The notes under the pieces were generated by a model. The model made no database searches. It was not told where the DNA came from and saw nothing but the letters and a program-made list of their open reading frames with translations. From Candidatus Bathyarchaeia archaeon (lineage in GTDB: Archaea; Thermoproteota; Bathyarchaeia; 40CM-2-53-6): DNA of 64,000 bases. The DNA is taken from assembly GCA_050013255.1 (NCBI GenBank), contig JBEKFP010000003.1, positions 187,434 to 251,433 on the forward strand. The letters run 5' to 3'. Of this stretch, positions 20,243-31,302 are shown piece by piece; the stretch's first letter is position 1, and each line of letters begins with the position of its first letter. A program made the translations under genes and the position numbers.

Positions 20243-21052
20243 TCACTCGCGGAGTTCCGCTTCCAATACTGTAACCGCCTGGCCACCAATGTACACTCGC
20301 TTATCGCCGACTCGGACACGAATTACGCCGCCGCGTGCAGAGGCCTGGTAAGCTAGGAGTTCGTTCTTGCCTAGCCGGTCCCGCCAGAAGGGGCCCAAAA
20401 CGCAATGCGCCGAACCAGTTACTGGATCCTCGTTGATTCCAGCCCTGGGAGCGAAGAAGCGACTAACAAAATCATATGGCTCAGTTGTTGCTTTAGCGGT
20501 CACGATTAGCCCCCGGATCGGGAGGGCGGAAAGCCGAGTGAAGTCCGGCTTTAATTTTCGAACAGTCCTTTCCGAGCTAACTTCAACGATGTAATCAAAG
20601 CGACTTCTTCCAACGTACTTCGGCTTCGTCCCGAGAGCCTTCGGAAGGCCGGGAGGAACTTTTGACCGCTTATCTGGTAAGGAGGGGAAATCGAGTTCAA
20701 TCCATTCACCCTGCCGTTGCGCTGTCAAGAGCCCACTGCGGGTGTGAAACCGAGCAGCGTCCTCGGGCCTGATGACCCCTTGTTCCCATAGAGTGTGTGC
20801 GCTTGCGAGGGTGGCGTGGCCACAAAGGTCCACCTCAACAGTTGGCGTAAACCAGCGCAAGTTGAATCCGTCCCCGCGCCTCTGAAGAAAAGCGGTCTCG
20901 GATAGGTTCATCTCCCGAGCCACATTCTGCATCCAGGCATCGTCACGTGGTTCCGGAAGGATGCACACCCCCGCAGGATTTCCAGCGAAGGGCTTCTCCG
21001 TGAATGCGTCCACTTGGAAAATCTTCAGTCCCATGAATCGCTGGTTACCCAA
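20243..21052 (-). CDS. PhzF-family isomerase-like protein
   Basis: 269 aa. FQVDAFT..PFAGNPA, ETAF, DLCGHATLA, EDPVTGSAH. Confidence 0.85.
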   Translation of the reverse strand: MGNQRFMGLKIFQVDAFTEKPFAGNPAGVCILPEPRDDAWMQNVAREMNLSETAFLQRRGDGFNLRWFTPTVEVDLCGHATLASAHTLWEQGVIRPEDAARFHTRSGLLTAQRQGEWIELDFPSLPDKRSKVPPGLPKALGTKPKYVGRSRFDYIVEVSSERTVRKLKPDFTRLSALPIRGLIVTAKATTEPYDFVSRFFAPRAGINEDPVTGSAHCVLGPFWRDRLGKNELLAYQASARGGVIRVRVGDKRVYIGGQAVTVLEAELRE

Positions 21053-21228
21053 ACATGCGTATTATGCTTTGGATGGCCTGGTTTGTTCGGATAAGGGCCT
21101 GCGTACGTGAGCCGTTCAGCCTTCTTGAAGCGTGACCAGTGGCGGTGCGCGCACGCTTGAAGTGACCCCCCAGGGGGGTGACTCAGTTTTCTGAGTCAAA
21201 CCGGGCCTGTTTTGCTGTTTTATCGGCC

Positions 21229-21873
21229 TTAGAACAGAAGCGGCAACAGCTTCCAGCGCGTCTTTTGCGCGTAGGCTTGGTACGCTTTGTCTTCCTTCAG
21301 GAGTCGCTCTTCTCCCTGCAACCTCAGAACAAGAAAGAAGCTAGCTATTGCAAATATGAGCAAGTTGAAGAGTAAAAAATTATTGAGGACGAAACCAGCT
21401 TCGACGAGAATGTAGCCCGAGTACATCGGGTGCCGCACGATGCGGTACATTCCATTCGTTTTGATGCCCCGGTTTTCAGGGCCAATCCCGAAACTCTTAT
21501 TCAACGATAAGATTGCTCCAACTGTCTGAACCGCGCCCACAAAAACAAACAGATCACCGACAAGTGAACCACTCGAACCAACCGCTGGCCGAAAGAACAT
21601 TGGCGAAACTAACGCGACGAGTGTGTAGACATAGTCTGAAATCCTAGACGAAAAAACAACCATGCTCTTTCTGATAGCAAACAGAGCAAGAGCCGTTACC
21701 TGATAGATCAGGAAGAACGTCTGGTATAACAAGAATGAAGGCTGAAGTTGGAGATTGAAGAAGAATGAACGAGCATAAACTAAAAGAAAATAGAAGGCGA
21801 GTATTACAAATATTAAATCTGTAAATAATGGGAGAACACGAGCCCCGCTCACCTTGCTCATATCTTTCTCCAT
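21229..21873 (-). CDS. Isoprenylcysteine carboxyl / phospholipid methyltransferase-family membrane protein
   Basis: C-terminal GMYRIVRHPMYSGYILVEAG...EERLL motif. The start is set at the internal Met (MEKDMSK), because the longer ORF overlaps the upstream aminotransferase and is Arg/Pro-rich. Confidence 0.7.
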   Translation of the reverse strand: MEKDMSKVSGARVLPLFTDLIFVILAFYFLLVYARSFFFNLQLQPSFLLYQTFFLIYQVTALALFAIRKSMVVFSSRISDYVYTLVALVSPMFFRPAVGSSGSLVGDLFVFVGAVQTVGAILSLNKSFGIGPENRGIKTNGMYRIVRHPMYSGYILVEAGFVLNNFLLFNLLIFAIASFFLVLRLQGEERLLKEDKAYQAYAQKTRWKLLPLLF

Positions 21874-21967
21874 ACCAGGTCTCTCAGGAAGAACGCTTTG
21901 GTATCCTCTGCGAGCAGCTTCGGTTCCCCTGAAACTGCGAAATGACCGCCGGTGGGCGGTTCGGAGT

Positions 21968-23362
21968 TTAGGATATAGGGTGGGTGCGAAGGGCTTTGAT
22001 GGATTCCTCCGCGGCGGTGAGTGTTTCTTCAATTTCGCGCTCTGTGTGGACCGCTGAGAGGGAGATGCGTTCAAGCCCATCGGGGTGCATGTAGACGCCG
22101 TGTTTCAGCATCTCATCCCTGAAGCGTTTGTACTTCTCCTGGTCCGACTGGGCTGATTGTCTGTAGGTGGAGACCTTACGAAGTTTTGTGAAGTAGATGG
22201 AGAGCAACGGACCGACATTGTTAACGACCACTTGGTAACCTGCCTCTCGGAATTTCGAGGACAGGCCTTCCTTCAGTTTTGCACCATTGGCTGCCATTCG
22301 ACGGAAAGCTACGCCATCGTTCTCCATCAATGTCTCCAAGGTTGCTTTTGAAGCGGCGAGCGAGAGTGGGTTAGAATTGTATGTTCCGCCGAAGCCTATT
22401 CTTCCAGGCCCAATCATGCTCATGAACTCCCTTTTCCCAGCAACTGCGGCCACGGGGGCGCCGCCTCCAAGTGCTTTAGCGAAGCATGCAAGGTCGGGGA
22501 TTACGCCGTACAATTCTTGCGCACCGCCTTTCGCAACACGGAAACCTGTTAGGACTTCGTCGAAGATGAGCAAGACATCATACTTGATGGTCAGTTCGCG
22601 CAGGTGCTTGAGGTATTCAGGTTCGGGTGGAATGACGCCTTGGTTTGCCATCACCGGTTCAGTTATGATGGCTGCCACGTCGCTGCTGTGTTTCTTGAGT
22701 ATGCGTTCTAGGGCGGCTAGATTGTTCCATGGAGCGACGATCACAGTTTTCGCGACCTCTTCGGGGATGCCAGGGAAGTAAGGTAGCCTAGTCGGGCTCG
22801 CTTCTAACCCTGCGACAGGGGAAGGCGCGTCCACGCTGAAGAGAACGGAATCGTGGTGGCCGTGGTAGTGGCCTTCGAATTTGATCAGCTTATCCTTCCC
22901 AGTGACTGCCCTTGCAATCCGCAGCGCTTCCATTGTTGCTTCGGTGCCTGTGTTTGCGAAAGTGACCATCTCCGCGCAGGGAACTGCGCTGGTGACCATC
23001 TTCGCAACCTCAATTTCCAGTTCGGTTGTGGTACCGAACATGGTGCCATCTTGCAGTTGCTTCTGAATTGCGGAGATTACCTTGGGGTGCCTGTGGCCGA
23101 GAATCAGGGCGCCGTACGCCATGAGGTAATCAATGTACTTGTTCCCGTCTACGTCCCAAACTCTTGGTCCTTCACCATTCTTGAAGAGGATTGGGAAGGG
23201 TTCATGCATGTGAACTCGGACGTTGGATGACGCTCCGGCAGGCATGTAGATTCTGGCCTGTTCGTTTAGCTGCCTCGATCTCTCAAGTGAGGCGACCTCC
23301 GGTATTGGATTAATCACGCCGAGAAGTTTTCGTTCTTCGCGGCGGTCTAGGAGGGCTTCCAT
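21968..23362 (-). CDS. Class-III PLP aminotransferase (glutamate-1-semialdehyde aminomutase-like)
   Basis: DVDGNKYIDY, GTEATMEALRIAR, IFDEV.TGFR, and the PLP Lys context CFAKALGGG. The start is chosen at MEALLDRR; the ORF opens at 23428. Confidence 0.85.
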   Translation of the reverse strand: MEALLDRREERKLLGVINPIPEVASLERSRQLNEQARIYMPAGASSNVRVHMHEPFPILFKNGEGPRVWDVDGNKYIDYLMAYGALILGHRHPKVISAIQKQLQDGTMFGTTTELEIEVAKMVTSAVPCAEMVTFANTGTEATMEALRIARAVTGKDKLIKFEGHYHGHHDSVLFSVDAPSPVAGLEASPTRLPYFPGIPEEVAKTVIVAPWNNLAALERILKKHSSDVAAIITEPVMANQGVIPPEPEYLKHLRELTIKYDVLLIFDEVLTGFRVAKGGAQELYGVIPDLACFAKALGGGAPVAAVAGKREFMSMIGPGRIGFGGTYNSNPLSLAASKATLETLMENDGVAFRRMAANGAKLKEGLSSKFREAGYQVVVNNVGPLLSIYFTKLRKVSTYRQSAQSDQEKYKRFRDEMLKHGVYMHPDGLERISLSAVHTEREIEETLTAAEESIKALRTHPIS

Positions 23363-23832
23363 TTCTATCAACTCTTTCACACAGAATTTGCCTAGTTCTA
23401 CCATATAAGATAGTATTATGGTTCTCACGCTCGTTTTTCACATTTTTTGACCTCAAAATTGCGTTTTCTGACTCCAAAGTGTCAGGGAAAAATCGAATCC
23501 AAAGGAATTCCGGATGAATTTGAACTGTTCAACTGTAAGCTTCACAATTCAATATGATTTAAACCGATTAGGCATTTGAAACGGAAGATCCGCAAGGTTG
23601 GCGTGTCGATATGCTGGCCGTTCTTCGGTCGGAGCTGACATCGACCCGGGAAACGTTCGTGATTTCTCGGAAACAAGTTCGATTGAACCATAGGCAGAGG
23701 TAAGGGTGTTAGTCACCCACGAGCGCACCGCCAAATTAGTTTAACCCATTTTCAGTTGGCTAAACAAACAAAATGCTACAGCTAAATGCTAAACGTTAAA
23801 GCTAGATTGCCGGCACGTATCTCCGCTAGTAG

Positions 23833-25707
23833 ATGGGATCTATTTTGCAGATGAAGTTTCGATTGGGCAGAGCAGCTATTGGAAAGATGCAGGGCATCTT
23901 AGTAATCGTAGTGTTACTGCTTGTGATTGCCGGAGGTGTATACTTCTACTCTTCAAACAGGCCCGGAACCCCAAGTACAACCACCCAGGCGCCTACGACG
24001 CTAGTTGTGGAAGAAGAAAGCCAGCCCGACTCAATGGATCCTGCGGTCAGTTACGCAACTTCTGGATGGGAAGTTGTCGAGCAAGTCTACCAGGGACTCC
24101 TCGCACCGAACGGCCAAAGCTACACCACCTACGTAGGCGTTCTCGCACAAGACTGGACAGTTTCCGCTGACGGGATGACTTACACATTCACGCTGAGGCC
24201 AGGCGTGACATTCAGCAACGGTGATCCATTCAATGCCTTTGTGATGTGGTTCTCGATTTACCGGACCCTTGTAATGAATCAGGGACCCGCATGGATTCTT
24301 GGTCAGAATCTCGGTGCCTCGAATGGCGCCGGCTTCAATATTACCGATAGTATCCTGAATTCCATAAACTACACAAGTCCGTCCCCAAGGGATTTGAATT
24401 ACATGACCTATCCGAATCAATCGGTTCAAGTGACCGGGCCCAATCAACTGATTATGCATCTTGGATACGGTTACAACGGGCAGCTACCCTATTCGTCGTT
24501 TCTAGCCACACTCAGTACACCTACGGCTTACGCTGTCGACCCGATCGTTGTGGAAGCAAACGGTGGGGTTTTGGCGGATCAACCGAACAATTGGATGGAA
24601 ACTAATGCCGTCGGAACGAGCTTCTACAAGCTTCAATCATGGATCCAAGGCCAGAGCGTGACCCTAGTCAAGAACCAAAACTATTGGGGGGCGAATGTTC
24701 CAGCATCGGAGGAAAATTCTGCGATACAGCCCGCTATCATTAACACCGTAAACTTGTACTATAAACCCACTTCCACCATGGTTGCTGACCTAAAGTCCGG
24801 CTTTGCTCAAATCATCGTTGCCCCAACGTCCCAGCATGGTGTTCTAAGTCAAATTCAAGGGGTTTCCGTATCAGTTTTGCCGCCTGTATTCGGCTCAGCG
24901 CAAGGTGTCCACTTCCTATACATGGACCCATATGCCTTTCAGCCCTTCCAAGACGTTCGGGTCAGAGAAGCTATCGCCAATGCAATCGATTACAAATCCA
25001 TAATTCACACAGTCTTCAATGACCAGGCAACTCAATGGATTGGCCCAGTGCCACCCGGCTTTCCATATTACAATGAATCAACCACAGGCCTGCAACCATA
25101 CCAATTTGACCCAGCGATGGCTGCGAATTTGCTCGCCCAGGCCGGGTACAAGGCCACCCTTCCCGATGGAACGAAACTCAATCCTGGCGGGAAGACTTTT
25201 CCAGCCGTTAACTTTCTGTACGATGCTGACTCATCCACAGAGGGACAGACCGCCGAAATCATAGCGACGGAATTGGGTTCCATAGGAATTACAGTGACGC
25301 TCACGCCGCTAACGTTTAAGCAATATGCAAATGTCATAACCAGCACGTCAGACGCAAGCACAACGCCTTACCCATTTGGAATAAGCTTCTACAGCGAAGA
25401 CTACACAGCTAGCATAGACTACGTGTCAGCCATTACCACAACTCCACAGATAGGCTTCTCCGCATATAGCAATGACACCGTTGCGGGTTGGACAACTGCG
25501 GCGGCCTCAGCTCTAGATGAGAACACAGTAATCAGTAATTTTAGTCAAATCACAAAAGCCATGTATTACGATTACACGGACATATGGTTGTACGTGCCGT
25601 ACTTCATGACAGCCAACAAGAGCAATGTTGTCGGAATGATACCGAACCCTGCAGGCTCTGGTGCAGCATACTTCATGTTCTACAATACAGTCCACTACAG
25701 CCCCTAG
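23833..25707 (+). CDS. ABC transporter substrate-binding protein (family 5, peptide/nickel type)
   Basis: 624 aa. An N-terminal TM/signal anchor and Thr-rich linker are followed by an SBP_bac_5-like body (DPAVSY...YQGL, VTLVKNQNYWG). Confidence 0.85.
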   Translation: MGSILQMKFRLGRAAIGKMQGILVIVVLLLVIAGGVYFYSSNRPGTPSTTTQAPTTLVVEEESQPDSMDPAVSYATSGWEVVEQVYQGLLAPNGQSYTTYVGVLAQDWTVSADGMTYTFTLRPGVTFSNGDPFNAFVMWFSIYRTLVMNQGPAWILGQNLGASNGAGFNITDSILNSINYTSPSPRDLNYMTYPNQSVQVTGPNQLIMHLGYGYNGQLPYSSFLATLSTPTAYAVDPIVVEANGGVLADQPNNWMETNAVGTSFYKLQSWIQGQSVTLVKNQNYWGANVPASEENSAIQPAIINTVNLYYKPTSTMVADLKSGFAQIIVAPTSQHGVLSQIQGVSVSVLPPVFGSAQGVHFLYMDPYAFQPFQDVRVREAIANAIDYKSIIHTVFNDQATQWIGPVPPGFPYYNESTTGLQPYQFDPAMAANLLAQAGYKATLPDGTKLNPGGKTFPAVNFLYDADSSTEGQTAEIIATELGSIGITVTLTPLTFKQYANVITSTSDASTTPYPFGISFYSEDYTASIDYVSAITTTPQIGFSAYSNDTVAGWTTAAASALDENTVISNFSQITKAMYYDYTDIWLYVPYFMTANKSNVVGMIPNPAGSGAAYFMFYNTVHYSP

Positions 25708-26763
25708 GTGAATCCTTCGGTCTACCTCAAGGATTTTCTTAGTCTCCTTGTAAAGAGAACTATAGGCGCGATTGGAGTTTCACTTGGAACAATCACAATA
25801 ATCTTCCTCATCTCACACGTCCTCAGCCCCAACCCAGCCCGTCTTTGGGCAGGACCGAGGGCGAGGGCCTCGACAATTCTAGCAGTCCAAGCGAGGTACC
25901 ATTTGAACGACCCAATCTTCTTGCAATTCTACTATTTCCTGCGCGACCTAATTACTGGCAACTTCGGGATTGACCCGCTAAGCGGACAACCAATTCTCGC
26001 CGAGATCCGGTTCTACCTCCCAAACACGCTCGAGTTGGTGTTCGTTTCATTCGCAATTTTGGTGGTAGTAGGGATCGGGTTAGGCTACATGTCAGGGATG
26101 CGGTTCAGCACTCCCGTGGATTCTATGATAAGAACAATCTACTTGGCCTCTTGGTCAACTCCAATGTACCTAGCAGCCATTCTCGGAATCTTGGTTTTCG
26201 CCACATACATTCCAATATTTCCGTCCGGCGGGATGTACTCGTTATCGCTCTCCCCCGTGCGAAGCGTGACTGGGTTCTTCCTCGTGGATTCTTTAATCGA
26301 ACTCAACATCCCGGCATTTCTGTCTGGCCTTCAACACCTCATTCTGCCCGCCGTAGTTTTAGCGGCTGTCAACTTCGGCTTGATCTCGAGAGCCGTTAGG
26401 TCTTCAATCCTGAATGTGAGATGGTCGACCTACGTGAAGACTGCACGAGCAAAGGGTTTGAACGAAGATGAAGTGAAACGTAAACACATTCTCAGAAATG
26501 CGTTGATAGATGCTACAAGCCTTAGCGCTGTTTTGTTTGGTTGGGTTCTGACAGGAACCGTGGTGGTGGAGGAGTTATTCGCGTGGCCGGGTTTAGGGCA
26601 GTTCGCATTTCAGGCCATATACTCTAACGATTACCCTGTCCTGATTCCGATAGTTGTGGTGTTCACGCTCGGCGTAATCATAGCCAACTTTGTCGCGGAC
26701 GTGCTTTATTCAATTCTTGATCCACGAATAGCGATGGGTGCTCAAACTGGCGCAATCTCTTAA
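25708..26763 (+). CDS. ABC transporter permease (DppB/OppB-like)
   Basis: 351 aa and polytopic, with an EAA-loop region (YVKTARAKGLNEDEVKRKHILRNAL). Confidence 0.9.
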   Translation: MNPSVYLKDFLSLLVKRTIGAIGVSLGTITIIFLISHVLSPNPARLWAGPRARASTILAVQARYHLNDPIFLQFYYFLRDLITGNFGIDPLSGQPILAEIRFYLPNTLELVFVSFAILVVVGIGLGYMSGMRFSTPVDSMIRTIYLASWSTPMYLAAILGILVFATYIPIFPSGGMYSLSLSPVRSVTGFFLVDSLIELNIPAFLSGLQHLILPAVVLAAVNFGLISRAVRSSILNVRWSTYVKTARAKGLNEDEVKRKHILRNALIDATSLSAVLFGWVLTGTVVVEELFAWPGLGQFAFQAIYSNDYPVLIPIVVVFTLGVIIANFVADVLYSILDPRIAMGAQTGAIS

Positions 26764-27688
26764 GTTCAGGCAACTGCTCTTTTCGAACCGCCTTTCCGCG
26801 TTAGGCCTTGTTATCGTTATAATTTCAGTTACATTAGCGGTCCTATTCAGTCTCTTAGGCAGAGGAATTACGCCGTATGACCCATATGCGCTCAACCTTC
26901 AACAATCAAACCTTCCCCCTAGTACCTCCCATTTCTTTGGGACCGATTTTCAAGGACGTGATATTTTCTCAAGGGTAATCGCTGCTCTGCCTATAGACCT
27001 CGGCCTACCTATCGCGATCGTTTTGTTTTCGTCCATGTTGGGAATTTTCCTGGGGATGGCGGCCGGCTATTTGGGAGGATTAGTCGATGAGGTTGTCATG
27101 AGGGTTACGGATCTTTTTCTCGCCTTTCCGACTATAATCATGGTCCTCGCTGTTGCGGCAACCCTCGGTTCGGGCTTAGTAAATGCGACCCTGGCCTTCA
27201 TCTTCGTTTGGTGGCCGCCCTACGTCAGATTGGTCAGGGGCGGCGTGCTCGAGGTTGCTGCCGAGGATTTCATTGCTGTTTCCAAAGCGTTGAATTCATC
27301 CGTCCGCAACATAATGTTCAGGGGTATTCTTCCGAACATAATACCGTCTGTTCTGACTTATGCAACCCTTGATGTCGGGACAGCACTTCTTGAGGTATCC
27401 ATACTCGGCTTTCTCGGTGTCGGAATCCCGCCAGGAACCCCAGAACTGGGCACGATGGTGGGTTCCATCAGCTACGGCCTCTATACCTATCCTTGGCAGG
27501 CCCTCATACCAGCCTTCGTAACGATGATCCTAGCCGTCGGGTTCAGTTTCTTGGGAGAAGGCGCGAGAGAAGCTTCCGACGTGAAGGTTAGGCCCTACAT
27601 TCTCTTCAGAGCGTTCCGGAAAACACCGCTGCCCGGGCGGGTCCCGATTACGCAGCCGGCGATTTCAACTCCGAGTTCTGGAGATTAG
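26738..27688 (+). CDS. ABC transporter permease (DppC/OppC-like)
   Basis: 316 aa. HFFGTD.QGRDIFSRV, with an EAA loop (DFIAVSKALNSS). Confidence 0.9.
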   Translation: MLKLAQSLKFRQLLFSNRLSALGLVIVIISVTLAVLFSLLGRGITPYDPYALNLQQSNLPPSTSHFFGTDFQGRDIFSRVIAALPIDLGLPIAIVLFSSMLGIFLGMAAGYLGGLVDEVVMRVTDLFLAFPTIIMVLAVAATLGSGLVNATLAFIFVWWPPYVRLVRGGVLEVAAEDFIAVSKALNSSVRNIMFRGILPNIIPSVLTYATLDVGTALLEVSILGFLGVGIPPGTPELGTMVGSISYGLYTYPWQALIPAFVTMILAVGFSFLGEGAREASDVKVRPYILFRAFRKTPLPGRVPITQPAISTPSSGD

Positions 27689-28646
27689 TTTTCGCATACA
27701 AATGGCAAGCGGCAAACTGGTCGGAACCCAGATTGTACATCGGCGGGGGTTCCACACATTTGTCGAACACAGAGGGACAAATCTTGCTGTATATGCACCC
27801 GCTAGAAGCTGGCCCCTGCTCACTCAACAACTCCTGTTTCACCTCAACACGTTGAAGCCGCGGAACGTTCGCCATTAATTTCACCGTGTAAGGGTGCTTG
27901 GAATTAGTGACCACGTCGTACGTTCGGCCTACTTCCACAAGTTTTCCGTAGTAGAGGATTCCCAGGGAATCGCTCATGTACTTGATGACATTGATGTCAT
28001 GCGTAATGAAAAGAATGGAAAGCGACAACTCTGACTTCAGGTTCCTGAGCGTGTTCAAAACTTGCGCTTGGATTGACACGTCCAACGAGCTCGTGGGTTC
28101 ATCCAGCACGAGTAACTTCTTTGGTACGACAAGCGACCTTGCAAGGCTCACCCTCTGCTTTTCACCGCCGCTAAGCTCCCTCGGATAGGCCTTGATGGCG
28201 CTTTTCCGCAAGCCCACTTGGTCAATGATCTCATTGATTCTCTTGTCGTAATCTTTCCTATCGAATTCCTTCGTGGCAACGAGAGCCTCTTTCAGAATTT
28301 CGCTGACTTTCAAACGGGGGTTCAGGGAGCCAACTGGGTCTTGGAAAACTATTCCGATGTTTCGCCTCAAGTAGGTTACGTCCGCCTTTTTGCGGAAATT
28401 TACCTCCCTGCCCAGCAGGGTGATGGATCCAGCTCTAGGCTTGTAGAGGCCCACTAGGACTCTGGCGATTGTTGATTTTCCGGATCCGGTTTCCCCTGCT
28501 AACCCGAAGGTTTCTCCTTCCCGAACCTGGAACGAGACATCGTCAACTGCGTTTATCGTCTTTGAAGACCGTTCGAATAATAGTGAGCTAGTTCCTCTTG
28601 CCCGGAAGGTAACTGTGAGGCCATCTGCCTCGACAATATTGCTCAT
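27648..28646 (-). CDS. ABC transporter ATP-binding protein (OppF/DppF-like)
   Basis: Walker A GETGSGKST, signature LSGGEKQR, Walker B LLVLDEPTS, C-terminal oligopeptide-type extension. Confidence 0.9.
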   Translation of the reverse strand: MSNIVEADGLTVTFRARGTSSLLFERSSKTINAVDDVSFQVREGETFGLAGETGSGKSTIARVLVGLYKPRAGSITLLGREVNFRKKADVTYLRRNIGIVFQDPVGSLNPRLKVSEILKEALVATKEFDRKDYDKRINEIIDQVGLRKSAIKAYPRELSGGEKQRVSLARSLVVPKKLLVLDEPTSSLDVSIQAQVLNTLRNLKSELSLSILFITHDINVIKYMSDSLGILYYGKLVEVGRTYDVVTNSKHPYTVKLMANVPRLQRVEVKQELLSEQGPASSGCIYSKICPSVFDKCVEPPPMYNLGSDQFAACHLYAKTNLQNSELKSPAA

Positions 28647-29656
28647 TTTTTCTCTTCCAACCAGCAGGCGACCCGCGCCCCATCAGGGGCTTCGAAAATC
28701 GGTGGCTCAGTTTCCTTGCATTTCGGCATAACGAATGGACACCTGGGGTGGAATTTGCATCCAGCAGGCAGTCGCCTGAGGTCGGGGGCTTCGCCGGTAG
28801 GAGCAGGTAGCGGGGGGGAATCAACGAAGCCTTGTGGAATAGCAGCCATCAATTTCTGCGTGTAAGGGTGCCGAGAGTTATTCAACACGTTCTCAGCTTT
28901 GCCCTCTTCCATCACCCTGCCAGCATACATCACACATAACCTATCACAAATCTGAGAAGCGACTGTTAGGTCATGCGTAATCAATATCATCGTTGTCCCA
29001 GTGCGTTTATTCAAATCCTTGAGTATGGTCAATATCCTGTTCTGGACGTAAACATCAAGCCCAGTGGTCACCTCATCCAGAATCAGCAACCTCGGCTTTT
29101 CCACTATGGCCATAGCTATCGAGATGCGCTGCCTCATGCCGCCAGAAAGCTCATGGGGGTACTTCTTCAAAACAACCTCTGGCTTGTCAAGCCGCAAATC
29201 TTTGAGAATCTCAACCATCATTTCGGCTTCTGCTCCAGCCGTAAGGTGCAGTTTCTGCGCTCTCTGAAGAACTTCTATCGACTCTCTTAGCTGCGTTTCA
29301 GTCTTGTAAACCGGGTTTAGCGCAGCCAATGATTCTTGGAACACCATTCCTATTGCTGTTCCGCGATAGCGTGTTAACTCGGCGGGGTTCAACGAGCGCA
29401 TGTCGGTTCCTTCGAAGGCTATGGAGCCCTTGATGATGTCTGCAGGCGGCGAGTCTAGTAGGCCGATTATTGCTAAACCAAGTGTCGTCTTGCCAGACCC
29501 GCTCTCACCCACAATCCCAACTATCTCCCCTTTCTCAATGTGCAATGAGACATTCTCAAGAACGCGCGCCCGTCCGTCGACCGTCGCGTAATCTAAGGTC
29601 AGCCCATCAACCGCTAGAAGGTTACGGCTGGGCACTTCAGGCGATTCCATAAACAC
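28643..29656 (-). CDS. ABC transporter ATP-binding protein (OppD/DppD-like)
   Basis: Walker A GESGSGKT, signature LSGGMRQR, Walker B LLILDEVTT, C-terminal Cys cluster (CKFHPRCPFVMPKC). Confidence 0.9.
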   Translation of the reverse strand: MFMESPEVPSRNLLAVDGLTLDYATVDGRARVLENVSLHIEKGEIVGIVGESGSGKTTLGLAIIGLLDSPPADIIKGSIAFEGTDMRSLNPAELTRYRGTAIGMVFQESLAALNPVYKTETQLRESIEVLQRAQKLHLTAGAEAEMMVEILKDLRLDKPEVVLKKYPHELSGGMRQRISIAMAIVEKPRLLILDEVTTGLDVYVQNRILTILKDLNKRTGTTMILITHDLTVASQICDRLCVMYAGRVMEEGKAENVLNNSRHPYTQKLMAAIPQGFVDSPPLPAPTGEAPDLRRLPAGCKFHPRCPFVMPKCKETEPPIFEAPDGARVACWLEEKK

Positions 29657-29937
29657 ATCTCATTCGACTGGGACCAAATTCAAAGGGCTTGCGTGACCCG
29701 TTTGCGATTTCTCAGCCAATCTAATCCAATCTCTCCAGCTTGAGATTAAATTCTTGTGGTATAATGCGCATGAAAGCTCGGGTTACCTCGTTGCAGCCCC
29801 AATACTCAAACAATGCCTGTTTGCCCCGTTTGGAAGAAAAGGATTCGTGAAGAAGATGGGGTCCATTTCGATTCGGAAGCAGCACGGTAAAAAGACAGAC
29901 ATAGCTTGTTGGGTCGCCGCCAAGAGCCACCACTGGT

Positions 29938-31269
29938 TTGGTCGGGCCGACCGAGGGAATCAACTTGGCTTCCTCAAGTGAGAACGTAAAATCAAAGGAT
30001 GTTAAGCACGATTGGATTTACTCCACTCTGCCCATTAACATTGCAATTGGGCCCGTATCAACATTCGTTCAATTGTACATTCTGACCCTCCATGGGACGG
30101 TGATCGATATTGCCCTCGCAACTACACTGTTCAATGCGGTAACTATCCCAGCCGCAATCATCTGGGGGTTTACAACAGACCGTTCTGAAAGAAGAAAACC
30201 AATCATAGTCCTGAGTTACGTGGCCGTTGGAGCAACGCTCATCCTGTTTGTATCTGCCAGAACGATCTATGGAGTGGACGTTCTTTACTCAATCTTCTCA
30301 CTTGTCTCATCTGCGGCTGCGACGCCGTTGAACATGCTGATAATGGAAACTCAGCCGAAGGCTCGTTGGGCGCTTGTCTTTGCCCGCTTGTCGATGATGT
30401 CGAGTGTCGGCGTAGTCGGTGGATTGCTGCTTGGTGTTGCGTGGGGCGATTTCCTGCCATTCACTCTTCTCGTCATTCCACTAACGTGGCTCTCGATACT
30501 CTCGGCCGCAATGTCGGCGGTTATGGTCAAGGAGCCTGGCTTCGCCTTTGAACGTGATATGATTGTAATGTTCAGCCGGAGCTTCTTCCAGCGGCTCTTA
30601 GCGTTGCCCCTATTCTTCTTGAAGATACCGAGCTTGATGGATTTCAGGCGGTTCTTCAAAGGCGGAAGGTCTCCGTTAACCCGGGAGCCCGTTCTGCTTT
30701 ACAGCTCTATTGCGGCATTCTATTTCGCTAGTGGAATATTCAACACGTCCCTGGTTCCGTCGCTTTACAAGGCCAATGTTTCAAAGAGTGGGGTCTTCCT
30801 TGTATCCCTAATCTCAATGATTGTTCAAACAATTTCGTTTAGTTACTATGGGAAGCGTATGAATCAGCAAAACTTGAGGCAGAGTGCCTTCGGGGGGCTT
30901 GTGCTGCGGTCTGTTAGCTATTTGGCGATAGGCGTCTCCGCTTTCTTCTTCACAGGGCTTCCATTCTTGGCGTATACGACAGTATTCTACACGTTGGCCG
31001 CGGGGCTTGCTTATGCAGTCTACTATGCGGCTTCCAATGTGATGGTCTTCAACACGCTGGGCCGAAGTGGGCAGGGCTCCGCCTTGGGGATATACAGCGC
31101 CCTCGTAGGGTTCGCAACAATGATAGGCTCATTCATCTCAGGATTCATCTCCTTCTACACAGGATTCTACCTAACCTTCCTAATCGCAGGGCTATTCATG
31201 GCCAGTGGAGCGGCCTTCACGTACTTGCTTAGCCCTTCGAACCCTTACTTCGATGAAGATGTTGCGTGA
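29938..31269 (+). CDS. MFS transporter
   Basis: 443 aa with about 12 predicted TM helices and the motif A-like WGFTTDRSERRKP. Confidence 0.8.
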   Translation: MVGPTEGINLASSSENVKSKDVKHDWIYSTLPINIAIGPVSTFVQLYILTLHGTVIDIALATTLFNAVTIPAAIIWGFTTDRSERRKPIIVLSYVAVGATLILFVSARTIYGVDVLYSIFSLVSSAAATPLNMLIMETQPKARWALVFARLSMMSSVGVVGGLLLGVAWGDFLPFTLLVIPLTWLSILSAAMSAVMVKEPGFAFERDMIVMFSRSFFQRLLALPLFFLKIPSLMDFRRFFKGGRSPLTREPVLLYSSIAAFYFASGIFNTSLVPSLYKANVSKSGVFLVSLISMIVQTISFSYYGKRMNQQNLRQSAFGGLVLRSVSYLAIGVSAFFFTGLPFLAYTTVFYTLAAGLAYAVYYAASNVMVFNTLGRSGQGSALGIYSALVGFATMIGSFISGFISFYTGFYLTFLIAGLFMASGAAFTYLLSPSNPYFDEDVA

Positions 31270-31302
31270 TGGCCTTCCATTCCGGAAAGGTATGACGGAA
31301 GT

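Noticed and set aside
21160-21186. GTGACCCCCCAGGGGGGTGAC dyad between the PhzF and methyltransferase genes
   Set aside because: It is a single short C6-A-G6 dyad with GTGAC direct repeats. It could be a terminator or a chance feature, and there is not enough evidence to call it.
27648-27688. 41-nt overlap of the convergent ABC permease and ATPase genes as a possible anomaly
   Set aside because: This is a simple 3'-3' overlap of convergent genes. The split orientation of the transporter genes is unusual but not informative on its own.
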